From contig JBHGNT010000011.1 of the NCBI GenBank assembly GCA_043228905.1, forward strand, positions 868,001 to 932,000: 64,000 nt of DNA, given 5' to 3'. Shown here piece after piece: positions 39,822-50,888 of the stretch. This DNA is from Azolla caroliniana. Lineage: Eukaryota > Plantae > Polypodiophyta. Each line of letters opens with the position of its first letter. The stretch's first letter is position 1. The notes under the pieces were generated by a model. The model ran no database searches and had not been told where the DNA came from. It saw only the letters and a list, made by a program, of their open reading frames with translations. The position numbers were made by a program, and so were the translations under genes.

Positions 39822-40854
39822 TGTCGTGAAGATTTTCGGCAATAGTGTGAAAATCCCATAAAACGTACAAAATCGAGTATAAATCACATAATACAATAAT
39901 TGTGAAGATAACATTTTAAATAAATTTAATATCTAAGTACAAAATGATGGAGGTTTCGAATGCACTTTATTACACGAGAAACGGACAACTAAATGTCAAG
40001 ATATGAGGGTATAAAGTTTGTGAAAGGAAAAGAGAAAATTGTGAGATATCCCACATAGGCACGACAAATACGGCTCTCATCATATATAAGGTGGAGCAAA
40101 AGATATTATCTTTGTGTCTATGTGTGGAGCATAGAGAGTTCAAGGTAACTTGAACTAAGAGTGGAGGTGGGCTAGCTACTCGTAAAGGGTTTTGGCCAAC
40201 CAAAACCGAATCGGCGATGGAGCCGATGATCCGACGACATCTGACGGCAATCCATCCGACGGTGGCACCGGTAACCGACGAACCGGCGTCCGACGACTAG
40301 ATAAATAAATATATAAATATATATTATACAAGGAGGGCAAGGAAGGATTCAAACCTTGCACCTCCAAGTTAGGAATCAATTGACTTACCATTAAGCCATA
40401 CTATTTAGTTGAAATTATATTTCTATCATTGTACTTTTACATGTAAATTCTCATACATGAGAGCTAAAATGAGTGACATGGTTATCATGCACCACATGTA
40501 ATACATAAGCGCCAAATGGCAAACATGCAATTTATGCATGTCTTGTACCCTCACATGCATCATATGCATGAGAGCATCTATAAAAGAAGGAAGGGGGAGG
40601 AGAAAAAACACGTTTTTTTTATTATGAAATTAAGAAGAAGAAATTCGTTATCAAATTGATGGTGTAACTTGTTTCTTAAATCCAAAGATAAAAGTTCAAT
40701 CAATGTCTCTCAATCGTTTAATCTCAACTTCTCTCATTCCCAATCTATCTTAAGTACTTTCTCGCCAAAGCTTGTACCGACTTTGAATCCTTCCGGTCCA
40801 GAACCCCGACGGTTCCGCCTCACGATCCGCGCGTAGTGACGGATCTTCAAGACA
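39822..40854 (+). mobile_element. Solo LTR S1 of gypsy family A (1033 bp) between PR and RT of G2
   Basis: TGTCGTGAAGAT...ATCTTCAAGACA, reverse-complement homolog of 32452-33545. Flanks GCGT/ACGT. Removing it restores AVSQRVKASQLEEVNLG. Confidence 0.92.
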
Positions 40855-42527
40855 ACGTGAAAGCATCCCAACTAGAAGAGGTAAACCTAGGTACCACAGA
40901 GGACACAAGACCGGTGCACATTGCCAAGGAAATGACCCCGGAGAACAAAACGGCAATGATCACACTCATAAAAGAACTTCGCGATGTGTTCTCTTGGTCC
41001 TACGAGGACATGCGAGGACTCGATCCTCAGTTGTATCAACACCAGATACATCTGAGTAAAGACGCCAAACCGGTAGCGCAACGGCATTACCGGATGAACC
41101 CAAATTACGCAACAAAAGTCAAAGAAGAAATCGACAAATTGCTGAGAGTGGGCTTCATCCAACTGGTAAAGAAAGCCACGTGGCTTAGTCCGATAGTAGT
41201 AGTACCCAAAAAGAACAGTAAGATAAGAGTGTGCGTCGACTACCGGAAATTGAATGCGGCTACAGTAATGGACGCCTTCCCGCTTCCATTCACGGACGGA
41301 GTCCTGGATGCGGTCGCCGGTCATGAGGTGTACAGTTTTCTAGACGGTTTCAGCGGCTATAATCAGATCTGGATGCACCCAGCCGACCAGGAGAAAACCG
41401 CTTTTGTCACCGAATGGGGAGTCTTTGTTGCCGTAGTGATGATGTTCGGATTGAAAACCGCACCAGCAACCTTCCAGCGGATCATCATGGAGATTTTCGG
41501 AGAATTCATTCCGGCATTCATGCAGGTGTTCTTGGACGACTTCGCTGTTTATAGCCAGGAAGGGGATCACCTTCAGCACCTCTGACTATGTCTGGAGAAA
41601 TTTAAGGTTTACCGACTAAGCCCGAACCCGGCAAAATGCGTGTTCGGAGTAACCATCAGAGCGTTACTGGGCCACATAGTGAGCAAGGACAGTATCGCAG
41701 TGGATCCGGATGAAGTAAAAGCAATCCTGGAGGCATCGGTAGCAGCCACAACAAAGGCACTTAGCCGGTTCTTAGGACAAATTCGGTGGCATAGCCGAAT
41801 GCTTCCGTATTTGGCAGACCTGGCTACACCACTGCATGCCGCGGTACATCAGACACCATTCCTATGGATGGACACAGAAGACCAGGCTTACCGGGCACTA
41901 AAAGTACTATTGTCATCACTCACCGGTAAGCTGGCCCGGTGGACGTTACTTATTACAAGAATTCGAGTTCGAGATATTCTACCGACTCGGCATACAACAT
42001 GCGGTAGCAGACTATTTAAGCTGGTTAGATTCCGGCGAAACTGGTGACGACGTCCTAGACGACTTTCCGGATGCAGAGCTGTTTAGAGTCACAGCAGAAA
42101 CAACAACGGATAGTACGGTCGCAGAGGAAGACAAGTGGCTCACCAACATGCACCAATTTCTTAGCACCGGCTTACCTTCGGAGGAGATGAACAAAGACGA
42201 AAGGAAACTCTTAGCGGTTCAAAGCTGACACTTCTGTCTATTACTGGACACACTGTACCACAAAGGCGCAGATGGCATATGGCGGCGTGCAGTGCACAAC
42301 GACAAAAAGGAAATAATATTGCACGAAGCACACTGCGGCGTGGTTGGAGGACATTATCCCGGAGACGCTACGGCAAGGAAAATATGGCAGAGTGGATTAT
42401 GGTGGCCGACAACATTGAAGGATGCAGCCTAGTACGCTGAAGAATGCGACCTATGTCAACGAATGGGTCAACCAACCGAACAAGCCAGAATGCCTCACTA
42501 GCCCGTGCTACCGTTAGAACCATTTCA

Positions 42528-43078
42528 GAAATGGGGGCTCGATTTTGTCGGTCCCTTCAAACCACCGGCAATGAGAACCGGCAACCGGTACGTGATCGTC
42601 GCTATGGATTACTGCACAATATGGGTGGAGGCCAAAGCACTACGCGACAACACTGCGACATCCACGGCAAAATTTTTATATGAATGCATCTGGTGCCAGT
42701 ATGGATGTCCGAAATGGGGGCTCGATTTTGTCGGTCCCTTCAAACCACCGGCAATGAGAACCGGCAACCGGTACGTGATCGTCGCTATGGAGTACTGCAC
42801 AATATGGGTGGAGGCCAAAGCACTACGCGACAACACTGCGACATCCACAACAAAATTTTTATATGAATGCATCTGGTGCCGGTATGGATGTCCGAAATGG
42901 GGGCTTGATTTTGTCGGTCCCTTCAAACCACCGGCAATGAGAATCGACAACCGGTACGTGATCGTCGCTATGGATTACTGCACAATATGGGTGGAGGCCA
43001 AAGCACTACGCGACAACACCGCGACATCCACGACAAATTTTTTATATGAATGCATCTGGTGTCGGTATGGATGTCCGA
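42528..43078 (+). repeat. In-frame triplication of a 183-bp (61-aa) integrase segment in G2
   Basis: GAAATGGGGG at 42528, 42711 and 42894. KWGLDFVGP...CRYGCP occurs three times. Confidence 0.96.
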
Positions 43079-43732
43079 TAGAGCTCATAAGTGACCAAGG
43101 TGGGCACTTCTTAGGGCAAGTAGTGGAAAGTTTGACGACATTTTATGCGGTGGTGCACAAACGGAGCACTGCCTATTATCCGCAAGCGAACGGATTACCT
43201 GAGTCAACAAATAAAACACTACAGAACATCCTGCGAAAAATCGTCAATGAGAACCAGACGGATTGGGAAACAAAGCTGCACAGTGCCCTCTAGGCCTACT
43301 GAACGGCATATAAGACAAGTATTCGCACAACACCGTTTCGCCTAGCATTCGGATTGGAAGCAGTGATGCCGATAGAGTTCCAGGTACCGAGTTTATGAAT
43401 ACAGATTCGGGAACGCCTAAATGAGAAGGAATCAGAAGCTATCCGGTTAGCCGCGCTGTGCGAATTGGAAGAACACCGGCTAGCTAGCATAATGCACCTA
43501 GAACTAGAGCAGCGACGAAGGAAGGCGTTCGTGGATCGTCACCGGAAAGGGAATGAAAAGATGTTTGGAATCATTAAAACGGTACTAGTATTCCAGACCC
43601 GGATGGGTAAGATGCCGGGAAAGTTACGGTTTCGGTGGACCAGACCATACTGGATTACGCGTGAGTTCAACGGTTCCTACCAATTAGGGACACTCGCTGA
43701 CGAGGTTCTGGGTAAATGGGTCAATGGGTTCC

Positions 43733-46700
43733 TGTTGGGATTACGGTCCCTCCGGATGGGATGGTCGGATGTCCGGGAATCGGGAATGAAGACCCGGTTC
43801 CGGAGCCGGATGATGGAGACCCGGTTCCGGAGCCGGATGATGAAGACCCGGTTTCCGGATCCGGATGATGAAGACCCGGCTTCCGGATCCCGATGATGAA
43901 GACCCCGGCTACGGAGCCGGATGACGAATGTACCCGGAGAGAAATCCGGATGCGGGGACATATTTGTGAATATGTTTGCCAAGGGTCCTTGAGGCCATAT
44001 TTGTAAATAGCCCGAAAGTCATATGTGTATAAATATGACTTAGGGCAAACAGTTTGTTGTTGTTGCTCATTTTCTGTTTTCCACTTAGAGGGAGCGAAGT
44101 GAGAGCAACCGAGAGAGAGAGTGAGAGAGAGTGAAAGGAAGAGGTAGACGCCTCTGTGTAATACCGCCGCCTGTGGCGAGGACAGCGAGCTCAAGGTCGT
44201 CGCCTTGCAGCTCGCCATTGTACATTCACTGCGTATAGTGATAGTTGGAGTCTTGTACTCCCGTGGTTTTTCTCGTCTAGGGTTTTCCACGCTAAACCTT
44301 GTGCATTCGAGTCTCTCTCTGTGTTTTTCGATTTACTGCTGCATTGATCCGTGTCTCCTCGGTTGTGGCCGGGAGAAGAAAGTTTGAAAGCGTCAATTCC
44401 TAACAATCTGGTATCAGAGCGACTGCAGTGCAGAAAATGGAAGGCGGCAGCAGCGGGCAGCCGGGGATGATGGTGCTGAATGCGCAGAACTACGCCGACT
44501 GGAAGATAAAGATGGAGGATCTGCTCATTGTTCGGGACCTGTATGAACCGATCGACAGGTCGGAAATACCCAAGGGGGTACTTGAGACAGAATGGAGGCT
44601 TCTGAACCGGAAAGCCGTTGCAACCATTCGGCAATACGTCGACGTGAGCGTTCTACAACATGTGGCGAATGACACCAACGCATATGAGATGTGGCGGAAG
44701 CTGTCGGGCCTCTACGAGAGGAAGAATGCGTTGAACCGGACCTCCTTGATGAGGAAGATAGTGAACCTCAAGTACCGGGACGGCGAGAGTATGGTGGAGC
44801 ACGTAAGCACGTTCATGGGATTCGTGAACCAGCTTGCGGCGATCAAGTTCCCGTTGGAGGATGCAATGCAAGCCATCATCCTGATGTGTACGTTGCTGGA
44901 AAGCTGGGAGAACTTGGTGGTGACTCTCAGCACCTCCTGCACCGAAGATAACTTGTCCCTACAAACGGTAAAGACAAGCATTTTGAACGAAGAAGCGCGT
45001 CGGAGAGATAAAGAACCGGCCTCCGATCCGAAGATGCTGCTTTCCGAATCGGATCGGGGAAGACAACGGAACCGGAGTCCGCAAAGACGGGAGAAGTTTG
45101 GGACCCGGTCGCAGTCAAGAGGAAGGCCCACATGCTTCCACTGTGGGAAGCCGGGGCACTTCCGAAAGAATTGTCGGCATTACCGAAAAGACAACGGAGC
45201 CGACGACACCGATTCGAAGAAGTCTTCGGAACGGAACGGTGCTTACCGGGGAGCCACGGACCGGAATGGTTCGGATCGGCGAGGGCAGGACCGGAAAGGA
45301 ACGACGGCACTCGCGGCAAGTGAAGAGGAGATCATGCTCATCACCGAAGAAGGTGAACTAAACATTGCCGGCGATGAGACTACCTGGGTGGTCGATTCCG
45401 AAGCGTCGTTCCACCTGATCCCGGAAAAAAGATACTTCTCATCCTACACAGCCGGTGAGCATGGCTGTGTTCGGATGGGAAATGAAGGTACGTGCCGGAT
45501 TGCCGGCATAGGAGACGTGTGGTTGACAACCTCGACTGGATGCAAAATGTTGCTGAAGGATGTCCGACACGTTCCGGAGGTTCGATTGAACCTGATTTCG
45601 GCCGGGAGGCTAGACGATGAAGGCTACACAGGTAGCATCCGGAACAGCGTAATGAAGTTCAGCAAGGGGAGCCTGATAGTGGCTCGGGCCCGGAAAGTCA
45701 ACACACTGTACCTTATGAATGCCTGGTTGTGTCCGGAAGAGTTGAACGTGGCAGCCGACACTGCCGGTGAGCTGTGGCACAAGAGACTGTGCCACATGAG
45801 TGAGAAGGGGATGAAGAGGCTTGCAGAAGACAACCTTATTCCAGTGAAGCATGTGCACCTGGAGAAGTGCACCGATTGCCTGGCCGGTAAGCAGAACTGA
45901 ACCTCCTTCCACTCAAGGCCACCGACGAGACGTAGCGCACCATTGGAGTTGGTGCACACTGACGTGTGTCAAGTAGAAACGAAGTCACATGGCGGAGCCC
46001 AGTACTTCGTGACATTCATTGATGACCACAGCCGGAAGCTGTGGACGGCACTGTTGAAGACAAAGAACCAAGTGTTGTGCGTCTTCAAAGAACTCCACGC
46101 GAGAGTGGAAAGGGAATCCGGCAAGAAGCTGAAAGCGATACGAGCAGATAACGGAGGGGAATACCGGGGGCAGTTCGAGGAGTACTGTCGCTCGAAGGGA
46201 ATCCGGCTCGAGTTTACTGTGCCGAAGACGCCGGAACTGAACGGGCTGGCCAAGAGGATGAACCGGACCATAATGGAGAGGGTCCGGAGTATGCTGGCGC
46301 ATGCGAAATTACCCAAGGGGTTTTGGGCTGAGGCAATGTCGACGGCGACATACGTGATAAACAGATCACCCTCAGTACCTTTGGACGGAGACACGCCGCA
46401 GAGAGTGTGGACCGGTAGGGAAGTATCCTACCGGCATCTGAAGGTGTTCGGGTGTCTCGCATATGTGCATGTGGCAAAGGACCGGAGAGGAAAGCTAGAT
46501 CCAAAGACCCGGCCATGCATATTCCTCGGTTACGGCGATGACGAGTTCGGCTACCGAGTATGGGACCCGGTCGACAAAAAAATATTCCGGAGTCGTGATA
46601 TCATCTTCATGGAGGACAAGACACTCGCCGACTGGGAGTCGGAGAAGAAGATGAAGAGCTCCAAGTCGACCGGTGAGGATCAACTCTACAAGGAGCAGTC

Positions 46701-49165
46701 CCGACCGGCAAGGGACCGGTTAGCACTCGAGGATCTGGCCGAAGACGGTGAAGAAATAGAACCGGCTGAGGAAGATGAAACTGATACCGGAACCGGCCCC
46801 GATCCCGAAATGGATTCGGATGAAGAAGAAACGGAGGAGCCGGTTACCGAAGCTCCGGAACGGAGATATCCTCTAAGAGAGAGAAGGGCCCCCCGGAGAT
46901 TTCCGGAACCAGAGCACGTGCTGCTAACCGACGAGGGGGAACCGGAGAGTTTTGAAGAAGCAAAGCTTGACACCCATAGCCGCAGGTGGTTAAGTGCCAT
47001 GCAGGAGGAGATGGATTCCCTGCATGAGAACCTCACATATGAACTTGTGGAGTTGCCGAAAGGAAAGCGGGCACTTCGAAACAAGTGGGTGTTCAAGCTG
47101 AAACCGGGAGATGCCGAAAACCCCCCGAGATACAAAGCCAGGATCGTGGTGAAGGGGTTCCAGCAGAAGAAGGGCGTCGACTTCGACGAGATATTTGCCC
47201 CGGTAGTGAAGATGACCTCCATCCGGACGGTGCTGAGCATAGCGGCAAGCATGGACCTCGAGGTAGAACAGATGGACGTGAAGACGGCATTCCTTCACGG
47301 TGACCTCGAAGAAGAGATCTACATGCAGCAACCAGAAGGATTCGAGAAGAATGGGAAGGAGCACTTGGTATGCCGGTTGAAGAAGAGCCTTTATGGACTG
47401 AAGCAGGCTCCCCGGCAATGGTACCGGAAGTTCGACTCTTTCATGACCGACGAAGGGTACCACAAAACGCAGTCCGATCACTGCGTGTTTGTGAAGAAGT
47501 TCGAAGGAGGAGACTTTCTAATACTCCTCCTGTACGTGGACGACATGTTGATCGTCGGACGGGACCAGGTCAAGATACGGATGCTGAAGAAAGCGCTTCA
47601 CCGAAACTTCTCAATGAAGGACCTAGGTCCGGCGAGGCAAATACTAGGGATGCACATCAGCCGGGACCGGAAGAAGAAGCAGTTGTGGCTGTCACAGGAG
47701 AAGTACGTGACAAAGGTGCTTCACCGGTTCAACATGTCGGAAGCAAGACCGGTCGGGTCAACCCTCCCGACAAACTGCAAGTTGTCCAGCAAGCAAAGCC
47801 CCAAGACAAAGGCTGAGAAGGAGGACATGATGAAAGTACCATATGCCTCTGCCGTCGGAAGCTTGATGTATGCAATGGTGTGTACAAGACCGGACATAGG
47901 ATATGCAGTCGGAGTGGTGAGCCGGTACATGAGCAATCCCGGCAAAGAGCACTGGAACGCAGTCAAGTGGATACTCCGATACCTGAAGGGCACGGCAAAC
48001 ATGTGCCTCCGATTCGGCTCCTGTAAGCCCGAACTCGACGGCTTTACCGATTCGGATATGTCGGCTGATGCAGATACCAGCCGGTCCACATCAGGGTATG
48101 TGATGACGTATGCAGGGGGAGCTGTTTCGTGGCAGTCGAGGCTGCAGAAGACGGTTGCATTGTCAACCACTGAGGCGGAGTACATGGCGGCTGTTGAAGC
48201 CGGCAAGGAAATGATATGGATGAAGGACTTCATTAGAGAGCTCGGTATCCGGCAGGAGGAGTACCGACTCTACTGCGACAGTCAGAGTGCCATCCACCTT
48301 GCGAAGAACGCGGCCTATCACTCCCGGACGAAGCACATCCAGCGAAGATATCACTGGATCCGGGAAAGGATAGAAGACCAGGAGTTCGTGCTGACGAAGA
48401 TCCACACGGACGAGAACGGGTCAGACATGCTGACCAAAGTGCTCACACCCGACAAGCTGGAAGCGTGCCGGAAGAAGGTCGGACTGGAAAGACATCCCAT
48501 GCCGAAGTGAAGGGGGAGTTTGTTGGGATTACGGTCCCTCCGGATGGGATGGTCGGATGTCCGGGAATCGGGAATGAAGACCCGGTTCCGGAGCCGGATG
48601 ATGGAGACCCGGTTCCGGAGCCGGATGATGAAGACCCGGCTTCCGGATCCGGATGATGAAGACCCCGGCTACGGAGCTGGATGACGAATGTACCCGGAGA
48701 GAAATCTGGATGCGGGGACATATTTGTGAATATGTTTGCCAAGGGTCCTTGAGGCCATATTTGTAAATAGCCCGAAAGTCATATGTGTATAAATATGACT
48801 TAGGGCAAACAGTTTGTTGTTGTTGCTCATTTTCTGTTTTCCACTTAGAGGGAGCGAAGTGAGAGCAGCCGAGAGAGAGAGTGAGAGAGAGTGAAAGGAA
48901 GAGGTAGACGCCTCTGTGTAATACTGCCGCCTGTGGCGAGGACAGCGAGCTCAAGGTCGTCGCCTTGCAGCTCGCCATTGTACATTCACTACGTATAGTG
49001 ATAGTTGGAGTCTTGTACTCCCGTGGTTTTTCTCGTCTAGGGTTTTCCACGCTAAACCCTGTGCATTCGAGTCTCTCTCTGTGTTTTTCGATTTACTGCT
49101 GCATTGATCCGTGTCTCCTCGGTTGTGGCCGGGAGAAGAAAGTTTGAAAGCGTCAATTCCTAACA
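43733..49165 (+). mobile_element. Copia C2: full-length, young LTR retrotransposon
   Basis: LTRs 43733-44405 and 48521-49165, perfect TSD GTTCC, iMet PBS 44409-44420, PPT AGGGGGAG 48511-48518. About 6 substitutions plus one repeat-unit indel separate the LTRs. Confidence 0.97.
44437..48510 (+). pseudogene. Copia C2 gag-pol (gag-PR-IN-RT-RH), one in-frame stop at 45898-45900
   Basis: ORFs 44428-45900 and 45943-48510 share one frame. TGA replaces the R of KQNRTSF seen in C3. Motifs: HTDVC, RADNGGEY, QMDVKTAFL, YGLKQAPR, LYVDDM, RTKHI. PR reads DSE instead of DSG. Confidence 0.95.
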
Positions 49166-49699
49166 GTTCCGACTCAAACCATACAATGGACCCATGCCAA
49201 GAAACCCATTTGAACAAGTAAAGGCCGACATAGAACTGGACACCGGTAAGTCGGAAGAGACGGCCACACGTTCAGCAATCGGCAAGCGCAAAGCCGATAA
49301 AAGGGAGCATGAGCCGACAAACGACAACAACGACGCAACGACAAGCAGTCCAACGGCTGGCAAGTTCCACAATCCGAATAGGGGTCCAGTGGGACTGGAT
49401 GCGAATTAACAAAACCATTTTTATCTTTAAGAAAAAATAAAAAAAAAATAAAAAAATAAAAAAAAATAAAAAAAATAAAAAAAATAAAATAAAAAATCGA
49501 ATCAAATCAAATCAAATCAAAGTAAATCATGCAAGGGCGAGGGTTGAATGGACACATGCAAGAACAAGGAGTGAACAAGCACTTTGAAAAGGTACGAAGT
49601 GGGCTATTAATAGGGTATTAAACCGCCGCCACATGGCACGACATTCTATTTTAGTACACGACGTGCACACGCGCGGGTAAGAAAAAAATAGGCGCCAAC

Positions 49700-50253
49700 A
49701 TGCAACAAGAAAACCCCCACCACATAGAAACCTTCACATTTCGCGAACAGAGGAGCACAAACGCAGACAGGCGATTGAAGATCAGCAGACACGAGCCTAC
49801 GCACACAGAGCCTCCTCAAACACACCCCTCACCAGCGCTCACCGACCTCGAAGAAGCCATGGACTGCCAAGCACTCTCTGAAGTAGCCAAGAAGTGGCTA
49901 AGGCAACACAGGTTAGAAGGTTTCCTCACAATCATGGAGGCGCCACCACACCGGGAGGCGGAGAAGATAGTCAAGGAAATCGACACGGAGCTGATCACTG
50001 AGGAGGCCATCCATGCGTTGATTGGCCTTCCGGAAGGGGGCATCTTCACTATCGACAACCCTACCCCGGAGCAGTTCCGAAAATATTTTGGGGAATACTC
50101 TCTGGCCAGCAAGGCCTACCGGACACAGGGTGGTGAAGATCCACTCTTTCGAGAGATTGCCAGGGTGCTCCATGAATTTGGACATGTATACCCTTGACCC
50201 CCGTGCATGCCTCTGAACTGGGCCGGCTTAATCATAGCAACATATGAAGGCGT
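49700..50253 (+). pseudogene. G2 extra 3' ORF, 5' part (possible plant-mobile-domain-like protein)
   Basis: ATG at 49700 downstream of IN and an A-rich spacer. Reads ITEEAIHALIGLPEGG...*PPCMPLNWAGLIIATYEG and is interrupted by G3. Confidence 0.65.
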
Positions 50254-50888
50254 TGTCGTGAAGAAAACCGGCCATAGGCGGAATCGGAGAGAAAGCGCGT
50301 AAACCGGCCCTTACACGAATGGACGCGTGACTTGATATTTTATACACGAACCGGTGGATGTAAATACTAAGCCGCGCGCATTTATTAAGGGGGAGATTGT
50401 GCGTATCCCGGTCAGAGGGACAAGGAATAAAGGAAAGAGGACAAGGGAAAACGGGTATCGCGCGCGAGGAGGAGGAAAAGCGTTGCTGCAGAACGGAAGG
50501 CGGAGCTCTCTCTTCGACTGGGGATCGTCGCTCTTTGCGGGTGTCGGGAGGTCGCTGCCTTTGCTTCGTGGACAACCCGTGTGCTTCCAGTAGAGTCGCT
50601 CCCTTTCCCCTTTTGGTTTCTTTGAGTCGTGTGACTGTCGTCGGTGTGCGTGAGTAGGGTCCCCGTGTCGGGCCCGTCGCCGCTTTATCGGTTGTAACTG
50701 TCGGAGTTTGTAATCTCTTGCCATTATAATTAAGTGTTACGTTCTATATCTCTCTTTCTCGCTTCTACGTGTCAGTGAATCTCTCTCTCTGTCTCTCCCT
50801 CTCTCGCTCCTCGGTCCAAGACCCCCGTGGTCCCGCCCCTTTTCTACACGTACGCATGTAACAACGCGACATCTTTGGTGAACCCGAC

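Noticed and set aside
43721-44290. Antisense and LTR-spanning ORFs (also 48529-49050, 56445-57203, 51071-51784)
   Set aside because: Expected by-products of GC-rich tandem repeats and shadow frames of gag-pol; no recognisable domains.
45890-45910. Programmed stop-codon readthrough in copia C2
   Set aside because: The TGA falls in the integrase region where C3 has Arg, so a simple C>T nonsense change explains it.
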